64,000 nucleotides of DNA from Dehalococcoidia bacterium. GTDB lineage: Bacteria > Chloroflexota > Dehalococcoidia > Lucifugimonadales > UBA3495. Below, one piece after another: positions 1-9,380 of the stretch; the stretch's first letter is position 1, and each line of letters begins with the position of its first letter. The notes beneath the pieces are model-generated. The model was not told the origin of the DNA. It made no database searches and saw only the letters and a program-made list of their open reading frames with translations. The stretch is from positions 366,518 to 430,517 of the forward strand of contig CBDBCU010000006.1 in assembly GCA_965203435.1 (NCBI GenBank), given 5' to 3'. A program made the position numbers and the translations under genes.

Positions 1-1459
1 CCTTAATCGGCGTCATTTCGATGCCCAGCAAATCCAGGGAAAGGGGTTTCAGCCCCAGGGCGTTGCGGCTGAGCAGATGCGCCCCAATCATCGTGTCGAA
101 GTCCACCCGGCGGGGGGCGATGCCGTAGTTCGCCAGGATCATCAGGTCAAAGTTGACATTATGGGCGCACTTCGCCAAATCCGGAGATTCCAGCAACGGC
201 TTGAGTTGGGACAGGGTAGTATCCAAGGGCAGCTGCGGCCCTTCCTGATGGCCTACCGGCACATACCAGGCCCGGCCCGGCTCCGTGGCGAAACTCAACC
301 CCACCAGGTCGGCCCGCATCGGGTCGGTATCGGTGGTTTCGGTGTCAAAGGCAAAACCGCCGGCGGCCTGCAAAGCGGCCACCATTTCCGCCAACTGCGC
401 CGCCGTCTGTACCGTAACATAGTTGACCGCCGCGGCGGCCGGCCCCCTATCCGGGATCGCGGCGGCGGCATCAGTAGCGGCGGCAGTAGCGGTAGCGGTA
501 GCCGCCGCCGTTGCCCTTTCCCCTACCGGGTCCGGCAGGCGCTGGATAATGCTGTGGAACTCCAATTCGGTAAGCAGGCGGACGACCTGCTGGCGGTCAA
601 AACGGCCGCTGCGGGCCGCCTCTAAAGAAAGCTCCACCGGCGCCTCCCGGCAAATGGTGGTCAGCAGCCGATTGGCAAAGGCCAATTCCCGGTTTTCCGC
701 CAAGGAATGGCGGACGCTGGGCGGTTTCACTTCCTCTAATCGTTCATAAATGCCCTCGAGGGTGTGATATTCCCGCAGCAGGCTGACCGCCCGCTTTTCC
801 CCAATGCGGGGTACGCCGGGAATGTTGTCGGAATTGTCCCCCATCAGCGACTTGAAATCCGGCTGCTGCGCGGCGGTCAGGCCGCCGTAGCGGGCCGCCA
901 GTTCCGCCTCGTCATAAACCTTGCGATCCTGGGTACTGTGGAACAAATCCACCCGTACCTGAGGGGAAATCAGCTGAAAGGTATCCCGGTCGCCGGTAAG
1001 AATGACCGTGTCCAGTCCCAACGCGGCGGCCTGCCGGCACAAAGTCCCGATCACATCATCGGCCTCATAGCCGTCAATCGCATAGACCGGCACGCCAAAG
1101 GCGACCATCAGCTCCTTGGCCCGGCCGAACTGAGGGCGCAGTTCCGGCGGGGCCGGCTCCCGCTGCGCCTTGTAGTCGGGAAACTGCTGATGACGGAAAG
1201 TGGGCGCGGGCGTGTCAAAGGCAATGGCGCAATAAGCCGGCCGCCAGTCTTTCAAGGCCCGCAGAAAGACATTGGCAAAGCCATACACCCCGGTTACATC
1301 CTCCCCGGTGCGGGAAATCGTCATATTCTGCCGCAGGGATATGGCCCGGAAGGAGCGATGCACCATGGCATGGCCGTCCATCACCATCAGCAAGGGCTTT
1401 TCCGGCCCCGGATTTTCCGGGGTGAACAGGGGCAGGGCGGCCTCTTGAACCGCAGCCAT
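1..1459 (-). CDS. polA: DNA polymerase I, N-terminal part (5'-3' exonuclease plus start of 3'-5' exonuclease domain); runs off window start
   Basis: Manual translation from ATG 1459 (GGAGG upstream): LLMVMDGHAMVHRSF, AIAFDTPAPTFRH, GYEADDVIGTL, TGDRD, GDNSDNIPGVPRIGEKRA, FAFDTET. Absent from the ORF track because it is open-ended. Confidence 0.96.
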   Translation of the reverse strand, partial: MAAVQEAALPLFTPENPGPEKPLLMVMDGHAMVHRSFRAISLRQNMTISRTGEDVTGVYGFANVFLRALKDWRPAYCAIAFDTPAPTFRHQQFPDYKAQREPAPPELRPQFGRAKELMVAFGVPVYAIDGYEADDVIGTLCRQAAALGLDTVILTGDRDTFQLISPQVRVDLFHSTQDRKVYDEAELAARYGGLTAAQQPDFKSLMGDNSDNIPGVPRIGEKRAVSLLREYHTLEGIYERLEEVKPPSVRHSLAENRELAFANRLLTTICREAPVELSLEAARSGRFDRQQVVRLLTELEFHSIIQRLPDPVGERATAAATATATAAATDAAAAIPDRGPAAAAVNYVTVQTAAQLAEMVAALQAAGGFAFDTETTDTDPMRADLVGLSFATEPGRAWYVPVGHQEGPQLPLDTTLSQLKPLLESPDLAKCAHNVNFDLMILANYGIAPRRVDFDTMIGAHLLSRNALGLKPLSLDLLGIEMTPIK

Positions 1460-1565
1460 AGCAGCGCCTCCGCAAATCGCCTTTCCCGGCAGGTTGCCCC
1501 CCATTATACACCCCACCGCCACCCCCATAAACCGCCGCCAAACCGCAATTTAACCGGAAAAGGGC

Positions 1566-1691
1566 GGGAATTAACATGGATAGACAGGATAAACAGGATT
1601 CTTGTATCTGGTTAGAAAGGTACTGGCGGTAGATAACCTTTCCCGGCAGACCACAAAATCCTGTCTATCCTGTCTATCCATGTTAATTCCC
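1566..1691. repeat. MITE-like element with 35-bp terminal inverted repeats
   Basis: GGGAATTAACATGGATAGACAGGATAAACAGGATT (1566-1600) is the reverse complement of 1657-1691 with one mismatch. Confidence 0.75.
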
Positions 1692-1714
1692 CCAAAAACC
1701 GCCCCTTTACCCCC

Positions 1715-1743
1715 TTGCAATCCCCTAAACCATCGGATAAAAT
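1715..1743 (+). promoter_or_regulatory. sigma70-type promoter for the gene at 1824
   Basis: TTGCAA-N17-TAAAAT. Confidence 0.6.
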
Positions 1744-1749
1744 TTTTTC

Positions 1750-1795
1750 GCGTCGGGGACGACATCTCGCCAGGGCGAGATGTCGTCCCCGACGC
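1750..1795 (+). other. Near-perfect long hairpin in the 5' leader
   Basis: GCGTCGGGGACGACATCTCGCC-AG-GGCGAGATGTCGTCCCCGACGC. Confidence 0.85.
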
Positions 1796-1823
1796 TTTCG
1801 TTCGGGGGCCTGGGAGGTCCCCT

Positions 1824-2603
1824 ATGCCGCGGCTCTTTATCCCCGGCCTCGTCCTTATCCTGCTATTGGGCGCCGGCTATAGCCTTACCCAAGCCGCCCG
1901 GGCCATCCCCTGGGACTGCACCGACTGGCAAGCCTTTGCCCACGACGACCGGACTATCGCCATCCTGGAATCCCTGGCCGAAAACCGGGGCAAGACCCTC
2001 TACTGCGGCATTGACCAGTCGGACACCTTTACCAAGGCGGAAACTTGGGAAGCCGGCAAAGACCGCAACGAGCGGGATGATACCATCTATTCCGGGGAAC
2101 GCGGCATTTTCCGCGGCTTTATCGCCGCCCAAGAGGGCTGGCTGACCGAGGGGGAATCGGGGATTACCGGCGTCAGCATCGACCGCATTTTTGAGTTTCC
2201 CCGGGAGAAAAAGAAACGCCGCCGCTATAAGACGGTGATCATCGAGGTGGAAATCCCCGCCGATCCCAGCCGCCTGCTGTATACCGACTTCGGTCAAGCC
2301 TCCGGTCAGCTGCAACCCGAAAGCTCGGCTGAATATGATGCCCGAGGCCGTTTCGCCAATCCTGTCGGCGGCGGAACGGCGGTCAGCTACAACTGGCAAA
2401 CCTTGGCGGAGGCCGCCGCCAGTGCCTATTGCCAGGAACCGCGTTACATCCGAGTGACCGGAGTCGCTCCTTCTCCGGAGGCCAGCGAGGGCTGGGATTA
2501 TGGCCCCAATACTGCCGTGACTCCCGGCTACTATCAGTTTCAGGCCCGTAAAACCAACACTTGGACGGCTACTTGCGAAAAGAAAGTGCGCCGCCGCCGT
2601 TAA
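1824..2603 (+). CDS. Hypothetical secreted protein
   Basis: GGAGG then ATG 1824; signal-peptide-like N-terminus MPRLFIPGLVLILLLGAGYSLTQAARA; no recognised family. Confidence 0.7.
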   Translation: MPRLFIPGLVLILLLGAGYSLTQAARAIPWDCTDWQAFAHDDRTIAILESLAENRGKTLYCGIDQSDTFTKAETWEAGKDRNERDDTIYSGERGIFRGFIAAQEGWLTEGESGITGVSIDRIFEFPREKKKRRRYKTVIIEVEIPADPSRLLYTDFGQASGQLQPESSAEYDARGRFANPVGGGTAVSYNWQTLAEAAASAYCQEPRYIRVTGVAPSPEASEGWDYGPNTAVTPGYYQFQARKTNTWTATCEKKVRRRR

Positions 2604-2719
2604 ATCCGTGCAATTGTTGCGCTACCGCCCCTTGCCCGCCGTGCTACAATAGGCGGGATTGACCGGGGCGGTAGCCGCGCCGGTTAGGTTAACGGAAAGG
2701 ATTAAAGGAGCGGCGGTCA

Positions 2720-3079
2720 ATGCCCCTTTACGAGTTTCGCTGCGCCGACTGCGGGCAGGTGGTTTCCCGGCTGATTTATAGCTGGTCGGCGGATGCGGCC
2801 CTAACTTGCGCCCACTGCGGCGGCGTTAATCTGGAACGGCTGGTTTCTAGTTTCTCCTTTCGCCGTTCCTGGGGGGACAGCCTGAACTGGGCTCCCGGCG
2901 GCGAAACGATGCGGGATGTGGATGAGGATAGCCCGGCCAGCCTGGATCGCTATATGGGGCGCATCAAACAGGAAATGGGCGGCCAGGTAACTGGGGACTT
3001 TGAGGAAATGCGCCGGGAAATCCGCCACGGCCCCCGCACCTTTGACAATCCGGATGCCGCCGCCCCGGCCGGGGAATAG
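2720..3079 (+). CDS. FmdB-family zinc-ribbon protein
   Basis: MPLYEFRCADCG...CAHCGG...RLVSSF; AAGGAG RBS. Confidence 0.9.
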   Translation: MPLYEFRCADCGQVVSRLIYSWSADAALTCAHCGGVNLERLVSSFSFRRSWGDSLNWAPGGETMRDVDEDSPASLDRYMGRIKQEMGGQVTGDFEEMRREIRHGPRTFDNPDAAAPAGE

Positions 3080-3102
3080 CCGGCTTTGCCGCCGGATTAT
3101 TC

Positions 3103-3390
3103 GTCCTTCAACAAGTTCAGGATGATCGTCCTTCAACAAGTTCAGGATGAGCGGAGGGTTGGGCCGCCGGCCCGGCCGGGGAATAGCCGGCTTTGCGGAT
3201 ACAATTCTCTTTGCCGCCGAACTATAATCCCGCCCATCCTGAACTTGTTGAAGGGTCATCCTGAAGTATAATTCCGCTCACCCTGAACTTGTTGAAGGGT
3301 CATCCTGAAGTATAATTCCGCTCACCCTGAACTTGTTGAAGGGTCATCCTGAAGTATAATTCCGCTCATCCTGAACTTGTTGAAGGATGA
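3103..3390. repeat. REP-like repeat cluster (family A, TCCGCTCAYCCTGAACTTGTTGAAGG) including a 44-bp tandem array
   Basis: Two reverse copies at about 3103-3155; 44-bp period with unit starts at 3266, 3310 and 3354. Confidence 0.9.
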
Positions 3391-3448
3391 CCCGGCAACG
3401 CTTGCCGGAGGAATACGCCGCCGGCAAAAGCAAGCATCGCGAGGGTTA

Positions 3449-3790
3449 ATGCCGATTTACGAATATCGCTGCGGCGACTGCGAACGGGTTACTTCCTTTT
3501 TTACCCGGTCGATCAACGCCGCCCTAACCCCGGTCTGTTCCCACTGTCAAAGCGGGAATATGCGGCGGCGGATGTCCTCCTTTGTCCAGGGCAAAACCGC
3601 CGCCGCCGTTCACGAAAGGTATCCCGCCGGTAGCGATGCCGCGTCCCTGGACTACTACCGCGATCCCCGCAACATTGGCCGCAATGTCGAGGAAAGCTAT
3701 CAGCGGCACGGCTTGGCAATGCCGGAGGCGGTGCGGGATAATATCGCCGCCGCCCGGGAAGGAACTTTGCCCCAGGACCTGGAACTATGA
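3449..3790 (+). CDS. FmdB-family zinc-ribbon protein (second paralog)
   Basis: MPIYEYRCGDCE...CSHCQS...RRMSSF; start moved to ATG 3449. Confidence 0.9.
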   Translation: MPIYEYRCGDCERVTSFFTRSINAALTPVCSHCQSGNMRRRMSSFVQGKTAAAVHERYPAGSDAASLDYYRDPRNIGRNVEESYQRHGLAMPEAVRDNIAAAREGTLPQDLEL

Positions 3791-4776
3791 TGACCGCCTC
3801 CGAAACTGCCCCCGATTTCCTGGCCGCCGCCTTGCGCGGCTGCTTGGACACGCTGGCCGCCGGCTCTCCCGATTTGCCGGAACTGGCGGAAACGATTAGC
3901 CGGCTCAAGGAATTGGCGGCCGCCGCCCATCCCGGCGGCGGCTACCAGCCGGCCCTGCCGGCGGCCCCCTTGACCCTCCCCCAAGCCTTGCAGTTGACGG
4001 CGACGGCCCAGGCTTTGCTGGCAACCCAAGCCGCCCTGGACATCCCGGCCGCTTTGCCGGCCGAAACCGCCGCCGCCCTGGCCGGCCTCTTGGCGGAATT
4101 GGCTGGGCAATTAGGCGCGGCCCTACGGCGGGAAAAGGCCGCCGCCATCCGCGGCCTCTATGTTATTATTGACCCGGAAGTAACCGGCGGCCGGGAACCC
4201 TTGACTATTGCCCAAGCCGCCATACGCGGCGGGGCTAAAATGCTCCAGCTCCGGGACAAGCGGCGCGACAAGGGGGAAATCTTGCCCCTGGCTCAGTCCT
4301 TGCAGGCATTGTGTCAAGCCAATGCCGCCCTGCTTATCCTCAATGACCATGCGGATTTGGCGGCGGCGGTCGGTTCCGGCGGCGTGCATATCGGGCAAAC
4401 CGATTTGCCGGTAGCCCAGGCCCGGCAAGTCTTGGCCCCGGAGCAGGTAATCGGCCGTTCCAACCGGGAAATTGACCTGCTGATTGAATCCCAGGAAAGG
4501 GGCGCCGACCATGTCGCCTTTGGCGCTATCTATCCCACTACCACCAAGCCCGGCGGCCGCGGCCCCCAGGGGCCGGAACGCTTGCGGGAAGCTCGGGCGG
4601 CCGCCAAAGTCCCCCTGGTCGCCATTGGCGGCATTACCGCGGCCAATGTAGCCCCGGTAATCGCCGCCGGCGCCGATGCGGTATGCGTAACCGCCGCCGT
4701 CGGCTTGGCCCCAGAGCCGGAAGCCGCCGCCGCCGGTCTAGTTGAAGCCATCCGTCAAGCCGGAGGTAAAGTTTAA
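3787..4776 (+). CDS. thiE: Thiamine-phosphate synthase with Ala/Leu-rich N-terminal extension
   Basis: LYVIID, LQLRDK, ILNDH, GVHIGQTD, GAIYPTTTK, VAIGGIT. Confidence 0.92.
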   Translation: MMTASETAPDFLAAALRGCLDTLAAGSPDLPELAETISRLKELAAAAHPGGGYQPALPAAPLTLPQALQLTATAQALLATQAALDIPAALPAETAAALAGLLAELAGQLGAALRREKAAAIRGLYVIIDPEVTGGREPLTIAQAAIRGGAKMLQLRDKRRDKGEILPLAQSLQALCQANAALLILNDHADLAAAVGSGGVHIGQTDLPVAQARQVLAPEQVIGRSNREIDLLIESQERGADHVAFGAIYPTTTKPGGRGPQGPERLREARAAAKVPLVAIGGITAANVAPVIAAGADAVCVTAAVGLAPEPEAAAAGLVEAIRQAGGKV

Positions 4777-5426
4777 TGCCCTCCCGCTACCAGCAGGAAT
4801 TAGCGGACATCGCCGCGGCGGCCAATGATGCCCTGGCCGACCGCCACCGGGCCCGGGAGCAGGCCCTGGCCGTTTCCCGGGAGGTCATCCGCTTTTCGGC
4901 CAACGCCATCCGCGCCGTCCATCGCGGCGAATTCGATGAAGCCCGCCGCCTCTTGACCCAAGCGGCTCCCCGGCTGGAATCCACCCAGACGATCCGCGCC
5001 GACAACCCGGAAATCTACTTTGCCGGTTTCCTCTCCGACGCCCGCAAGGAATACGCCGAAGCCCACATCACCCTGGCCGTCATCGCCCGCAGCCCTATCC
5101 CCCGCCCGGAGGAACTGGCCGTCGACCCGCCGGCTTACCTGAACGGAATGGCTGAGGTGATTGGCGAGCTGCGCCGTTACATCCTGGACACCCTGCGGCG
5201 GGATTCCTTTGCCCGCTGCGAGGAATATATGGAAGTGATGGATGAAATTTACGGCTTGCTGGTTACGATCGATTTTCCCGAAGCCGTAACCGGCGGCCTG
5301 CGCCGCAGCACCGACGCTATGCGTGGCGTCCTGGAACGCACCCGCGGCGATTTGACCATTTCCTTGCAGCAGCGGCGGCTGGAGCTGCGCCTGGCCGGCC
5401 TGGAAACCGCGGAAGGAGCCGATTAA
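4776..5426 (+). CDS. Translin/TRAX-family protein (predicted RNA-binding/RNase)
   Basis: REQALAVSREVIRFSANAIRAVHRGE, KEYAEA, YLNGMAEVIGELRR, GLRRSTDAMRGVLERTRGD. Confidence 0.88.
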   Translation: MPSRYQQELADIAAAANDALADRHRAREQALAVSREVIRFSANAIRAVHRGEFDEARRLLTQAAPRLESTQTIRADNPEIYFAGFLSDARKEYAEAHITLAVIARSPIPRPEELAVDPPAYLNGMAEVIGELRRYILDTLRRDSFARCEEYMEVMDEIYGLLVTIDFPEAVTGGLRRSTDAMRGVLERTRGDLTISLQQRRLELRLAGLETAEGAD

Positions 5427-5428
5427 CC

Positions 5429-6250
5429 ATGGTCAAGGTCGACCTGACCTTTCTCGGCACCGGGGCCGGCAACTGCATCCACCGCGCCCACACCGCCATC
5501 GTGCTGGATTGTCCCGATGGCACCCGCCTGCTGCTCGACGCCGCCTCCGGCAATTCGGTGTTGCGGCAGGGCGCGCCGCTGGGCCTCTACGCTGAGGATT
5601 TTACCGATGTGCTGCTGTCCCACCGTCACGGCGACCACATGGCCGGCTTGCCGCATATCCAGGGCCGCCGCACCCAAATGGCCCCGGCCGCGCCGCCGCT
5701 GAAAGTCCATAGCCTGGAGCCGACTATTATCGGAGTGCAGAACCTCTTTCGGGCGGTAAGCATTACCCATAAAGTCGATGCTGACGGTGTCGCTACTGCC
5801 GAGGGCCGCCCGGTAATGGCGTGGAATGTAGTGGAGACGGAGCAGTGGATTCCGTTGAGCCCGGCGGTGCGGGCCCGGGCCTTTGCGGTAAATCATATCG
5901 GCGGCGCGGTAGGTTGGCGGGTCGAAGCCGGCGGCATCGCGATTGTATTCTCCGGGGATACCCGTTACTGCGAAAACCTGGCGGCGGCGGCCCAAGGAGC
6001 CGATTTGCTGATCCACGAAGCCCTCAGCACCGAAGCCGATAAAGAGGGCACCGACCGCCGCGGCCATTCCACTGCCGCCGAAGCGGCCCGGATTGCCGCT
6101 TTAGCCGGGGCCAAGCAGCTAATCCTGACCCACATTGACACCCCCTTTCACCGGGATACCCAACCGCTGCTTGCGGAAGCCCGGCCGGTTTATGACGGCC
6201 CGATTAGCGTGGCTGAGGACCTTTTAACGGTCAGCATCCGCCCTTCCTAA
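5429..6250 (+). CDS. RNase Z/ElaC-like metallo-beta-lactamase-fold hydrolase
   Basis: LTFLGTG, SHRHGDHMAG (HxHxDH), FSGDT, LIHEA, HST, LILTHI. Confidence 0.85.
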   Translation: MVKVDLTFLGTGAGNCIHRAHTAIVLDCPDGTRLLLDAASGNSVLRQGAPLGLYAEDFTDVLLSHRHGDHMAGLPHIQGRRTQMAPAAPPLKVHSLEPTIIGVQNLFRAVSITHKVDADGVATAEGRPVMAWNVVETEQWIPLSPAVRARAFAVNHIGGAVGWRVEAGGIAIVFSGDTRYCENLAAAAQGADLLIHEALSTEADKEGTDRRGHSTAAEAARIAALAGAKQLILTHIDTPFHRDTQPLLAEARPVYDGPISVAEDLLTVSIRPS

Positions 6251-6411
6251 CCGCCCTTTTGCCCCCATTTCCGGCCGGCTAACCGCCTTTTTGCCCCGAT
6301 TTCCGCCGTACTGACGCCCGCCCCCTTGCCGCCGGTTAGATTATCCGTTCTATACTTTGACCGATTTCTCAAACTATTCCCGGAAAAGTCCGGGAATTCT
6401 CGGGGGGTGCG

Positions 6412-7935
6412 ATGTTAGCCAAAAGTCAGACCTGCGCCGTGGTCGGCCTGGACGGGTTCATCATTCAGGTGGAAGTGGACATAGCCCCCGGCCTGCCCAC
6501 TTTCAACATTGTCGGCTTGCCCGATACCGCGGTGCAGGAAGCCCGGGAACGGGTGCGCGCCGCCCTCCGCAACAGCGGCTGCGAATTTCCGATGCGCCGC
6601 ATCACCGTCAACCTGGCCCCGGCCGACCTGAAAAAAGCCGGGCCGGCCTACGACCTGCCCATCGCCGTGGGCATCCTGCTCAGCTCCGGGCAGATTGACC
6701 TGCCGCCGGAACCCTCCCTTTTCCTGGGCGAGCTTTCCCTGGACGGCAGCCTGCGCCATACCAACGGCGTCTTGCCCATGGTTTCCGTAGCCCGGGATCA
6801 GGGCTTTGCCGTGGTCTATGTTCCTACTGCTGACGCTACCGAGGCCGCCCTGGTCGAGGGTATCCGGGTCTATCCGGTGCCGACCCTGGCCGCCCTGGTC
6901 AGTCATCTGCTGGGGGAATCGCCCATTGCCCCGGCCCGCAACGGCGGGATACCCATAGCGGAAAACGGCAAAGCGGCCAACGGCGCTAACCTGGCCCACA
7001 TCAAAGGGCAAGAACACGCCAAGCGCGCCCTGGAAGTGGCCGCCGCCGGTTTCCATAACATCCTGTTCAACGGGCCGCCGGGTAGCGGCAAAACGATGCT
7101 GGCCCGGGCCTTGCCCTCCATCCTGCCCCGGATGACCCCCCAGGAAGCCCTGGATGCTACCAAGATTTACAGCGTCAGCGGCGCCTTGCCCGCCGACTGC
7201 CCGCTGATTGCCCACCGCCCCTTTCGCGCCCCCCACTACAGCATTTCCAACGCCGGCTTGGTCGGCGGCGGCCGCAACCTGCGCCCGGGGGAAATCACGA
7301 TGAGCCACCGGGGCGTCCTGTTCCTCGATGAACTGCCGGAGTTTGACCGCACCGCCCTGGAATCTTTGCGTCAACCCCTGGAGGACAAGGTCGTTACCAT
7401 CAGCCGGGTAACCGGCACCGTTACCTACCCGGCCAGTTTTATGCTGGTGGCGGCCCAGAACCCCTGCCCTTGCGGCTACCATTCCCATCCCCGCAAACAA
7501 TGCGTTTGCAGCAATTCCGCCGTGTCCCGCTACCAGAAGCGTATCAGCGGCCCCTTGATGGATCGGATTGATATTTTCGTGGAAGTGCCGCCGGTGGAAT
7601 ACGAAAAACTGGTGGACGATGGGCCGGCCGAGGATTCGGCGGTAATCCGGGAACGGGTAGAGCAGGCCCGCACGCTCCAATCCGAGCGCTTTCAGGAGGC
7701 TCCCTTTCTGTGCAACTCGGAAATGGGGGCGGCCGAAGTCTGGAAAGTCTGCAATCTGGACGAAGGCGCGCGCAACCTGCTCCAATCGGCGACCACCCAA
7801 CTGAGCCTATCGGCCCGGGCCTTTCACCGCATCGTAAAGGTATCCCGCACCATCGCCGACCTGGCCCATTCCGAGACCATCCAGGTATCCCACTTGGCCG
7901 AGGCCCTGCAATACCGTTCCCGGGGGGTGAACTGA
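6412..7935 (+). CDS. comM: ComM/YifB Mg-chelatase-like AAA+ ATPase
   Basis: IVGLPDTAVQEARERVRAA, ITVNLAPADLKK, GPPGSGKTMLA, GVLFLDELPEF, NPCPCG. Confidence 0.93.
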   Translation: MLAKSQTCAVVGLDGFIIQVEVDIAPGLPTFNIVGLPDTAVQEARERVRAALRNSGCEFPMRRITVNLAPADLKKAGPAYDLPIAVGILLSSGQIDLPPEPSLFLGELSLDGSLRHTNGVLPMVSVARDQGFAVVYVPTADATEAALVEGIRVYPVPTLAALVSHLLGESPIAPARNGGIPIAENGKAANGANLAHIKGQEHAKRALEVAAAGFHNILFNGPPGSGKTMLARALPSILPRMTPQEALDATKIYSVSGALPADCPLIAHRPFRAPHYSISNAGLVGGGRNLRPGEITMSHRGVLFLDELPEFDRTALESLRQPLEDKVVTISRVTGTVTYPASFMLVAAQNPCPCGYHSHPRKQCVCSNSAVSRYQKRISGPLMDRIDIFVEVPPVEYEKLVDDGPAEDSAVIRERVEQARTLQSERFQEAPFLCNSEMGAAEVWKVCNLDEGARNLLQSATTQLSLSARAFHRIVKVSRTIADLAHSETIQVSHLAEALQYRSRGVN

Positions 7936-7994
7936 AGTTAGGGGGTGTTGGCCTACCGTCATCCACACCCCCGCCGTTATTCCCGCCCCCTAAC

Positions 7995-8092
7995 CGTCAT
8001 TCCCGCGCAAGCGGGAATCCCGAACGGTACTACTAATAACCCGCCCCTTTCCGGCCGGGGAAGTCCTGGATTCCCCCTTGCGCGGGAAGGAC
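7995..8092. repeat. REP-like pair (family B, GTCATTCCCGCG-AAGCGGGAATCC) in inverted orientation
   Basis: Copy at 7995-8020 and inverted variant at about 8068-8092, between convergent comM and aroA. Confidence 0.8.
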
Positions 8093-8099
8093 AGCAATC

Positions 8100-9380
8100 C
8101 TACCCCCCGGCAATGGCCCGGAAAATATCAAAATACTCCGGGAAAGTCTTGGCAACGCAGCCGGGATTGAGGATGGTAATTTCGGCATTGCCCAGGGCCG
8201 CCAGAGAAAAACTCATCGCCATCCGGTGGTCGTTGTAAGTTTCAATGACCGCCGACTGCAATTGCGGCGGCGGCGTGATTTCCAGATAGTCCGGCCCCTC
8301 GACCACCAGGCCGCCCACCTTGCGAAGTTCCGCGGCCATCGCCGCCAGCCGATCCGTTTCCTTGACCCGCCAGTTGCCAATGTTGCGGATAACGCTTTTG
8401 CCCTCAGCGAAAAGGGCGGTAACGGCCGCGGTCATCGCGGCATCCGGAATATGATTCAAGTCCAGGTCGCAGCCGTGCAGCGCGCCCCGGGTAACTTCAA
8501 TCCAATCCGGGCCGCGCTTTACCTGGGACCCCATCTGCTCCAGCACCTCGGCATAGCGGATGTCGCCCTGAATGCTGTCGGCCCCGACGCCATTGACCCG
8601 CACCGGGCCGCCGGCAATGGCCGCCGCCGCCAGAAAATAGGTAGCCGAGGAAGCGTCCCCCTCTACCAGTACCCGGCCCGGCGATTGGTAAGTCTGCCCG
8701 CCGGCCACCCGGAAAGAGCGGTAGCCGTCCGATGCCACCGCCACCCCGAACCGGCGCATCACATCAATGGTCATATCAATGTAGGGCTTGGATACCAGTT
8801 CCCCCTCTACGGCAATCAGCAATTCCCTTTCCGCCAGGGGGGCCGCCAGCAGCAGGGCAGTCAGGTATTGACTGGAAACATTGCCCTTGATGGCAACCCG
8901 CCCGCCGCGCAGCCCGTTGGCCTTTAGGGTCAGCGGCGGATAGCCCTCCGCCTGCTGATACCGAATATCCGCGCCCAAGGGCCGCAGGGCCTCGACCAAG
9001 TGGGCAATGGGCCGTTCCCACATCCGCGGCTCTCCGGTCAAGGTATAGATGCCTTGCCCCAGGCAGAGGGCGGCGCACAAAGGGCGGATGGCCGTGCCGG
9101 CATTGCCCAGAAACAAATCCGCCGCCGCCACGGCAAAGGGGCCGCCTTGGCCGGCCACCCGGCATTCGGTGCGCTGCTCGGAAAATTCCAGGGACACCCC
9201 CAGGGTTTCCAGAGCGGCCGCCATATAGCGGGTGTCGTCGCTGTCCAGCAGATTCCGCACCTCGGTAGTCCCGGCGGCCAACGCCGCCAGCAGCAGCAGC
9301 CGGTTGGACAGGCTCTTGGAACCGGGCAACTGCACCGCGCCGGCTACCCGGGCGATGGGCGACAAGGTTAGCTGTTCCAT
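8100..9380 (-). CDS. aroA: 3-phosphoshikimate 1-carboxyvinyltransferase (EPSP synthase)
   Basis: [57 protein letters not shown]. Confidence 0.97.
   Translation of the reverse strand: MEQLTLSPIARVAGAVQLPGSKSLSNRLLLLAALAAGTTEVRNLLDSDDTRYMAAALETLGVSLEFSEQRTECRVAGQGGPFAVAAADLFLGNAGTAIRPLCAALCLGQGIYTLTGEPRMWERPIAHLVEALRPLGADIRYQQAEGYPPLTLKANGLRGGRVAIKGNVSSQYLTALLLAAPLAERELLIAVEGELVSKPYIDMTIDVMRRFGVAVASDGYRSFRVAGGQTYQSPGRVLVEGDASSATYFLAAAAIAGGPVRVNGVGADSIQGDIRYAEVLEQMGSQVKRGPDWIEVTRGALHGCDLDLNHIPDAAMTAAVTALFAEGKSVIRNIGNWRVKETDRLAAMAAELRKVGGLVVEGPDYLEITPPPQLQSAVIETYNDHRMAMSFSLAALGNAEITILNPGCVAKTFPEYFDIFRAIAGG

Noticed and set aside
77-1615. Plus-strand ORFs in the track
   Set aside because: Antisense to polA, which the track missed because it is truncated by the window edge.
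3232-3390. Possible CRISPR array
   Set aside because: Units are identical tandem copies with no unique spacers, there are no cas genes, and the same motif is dispersed across the window.
3086-3448. Small ORFs reading HPELVEG or SFNKFRM (here and at 14160, 41375, 53547)
   Set aside because: Translations of the REP repeats rather than independent genes.
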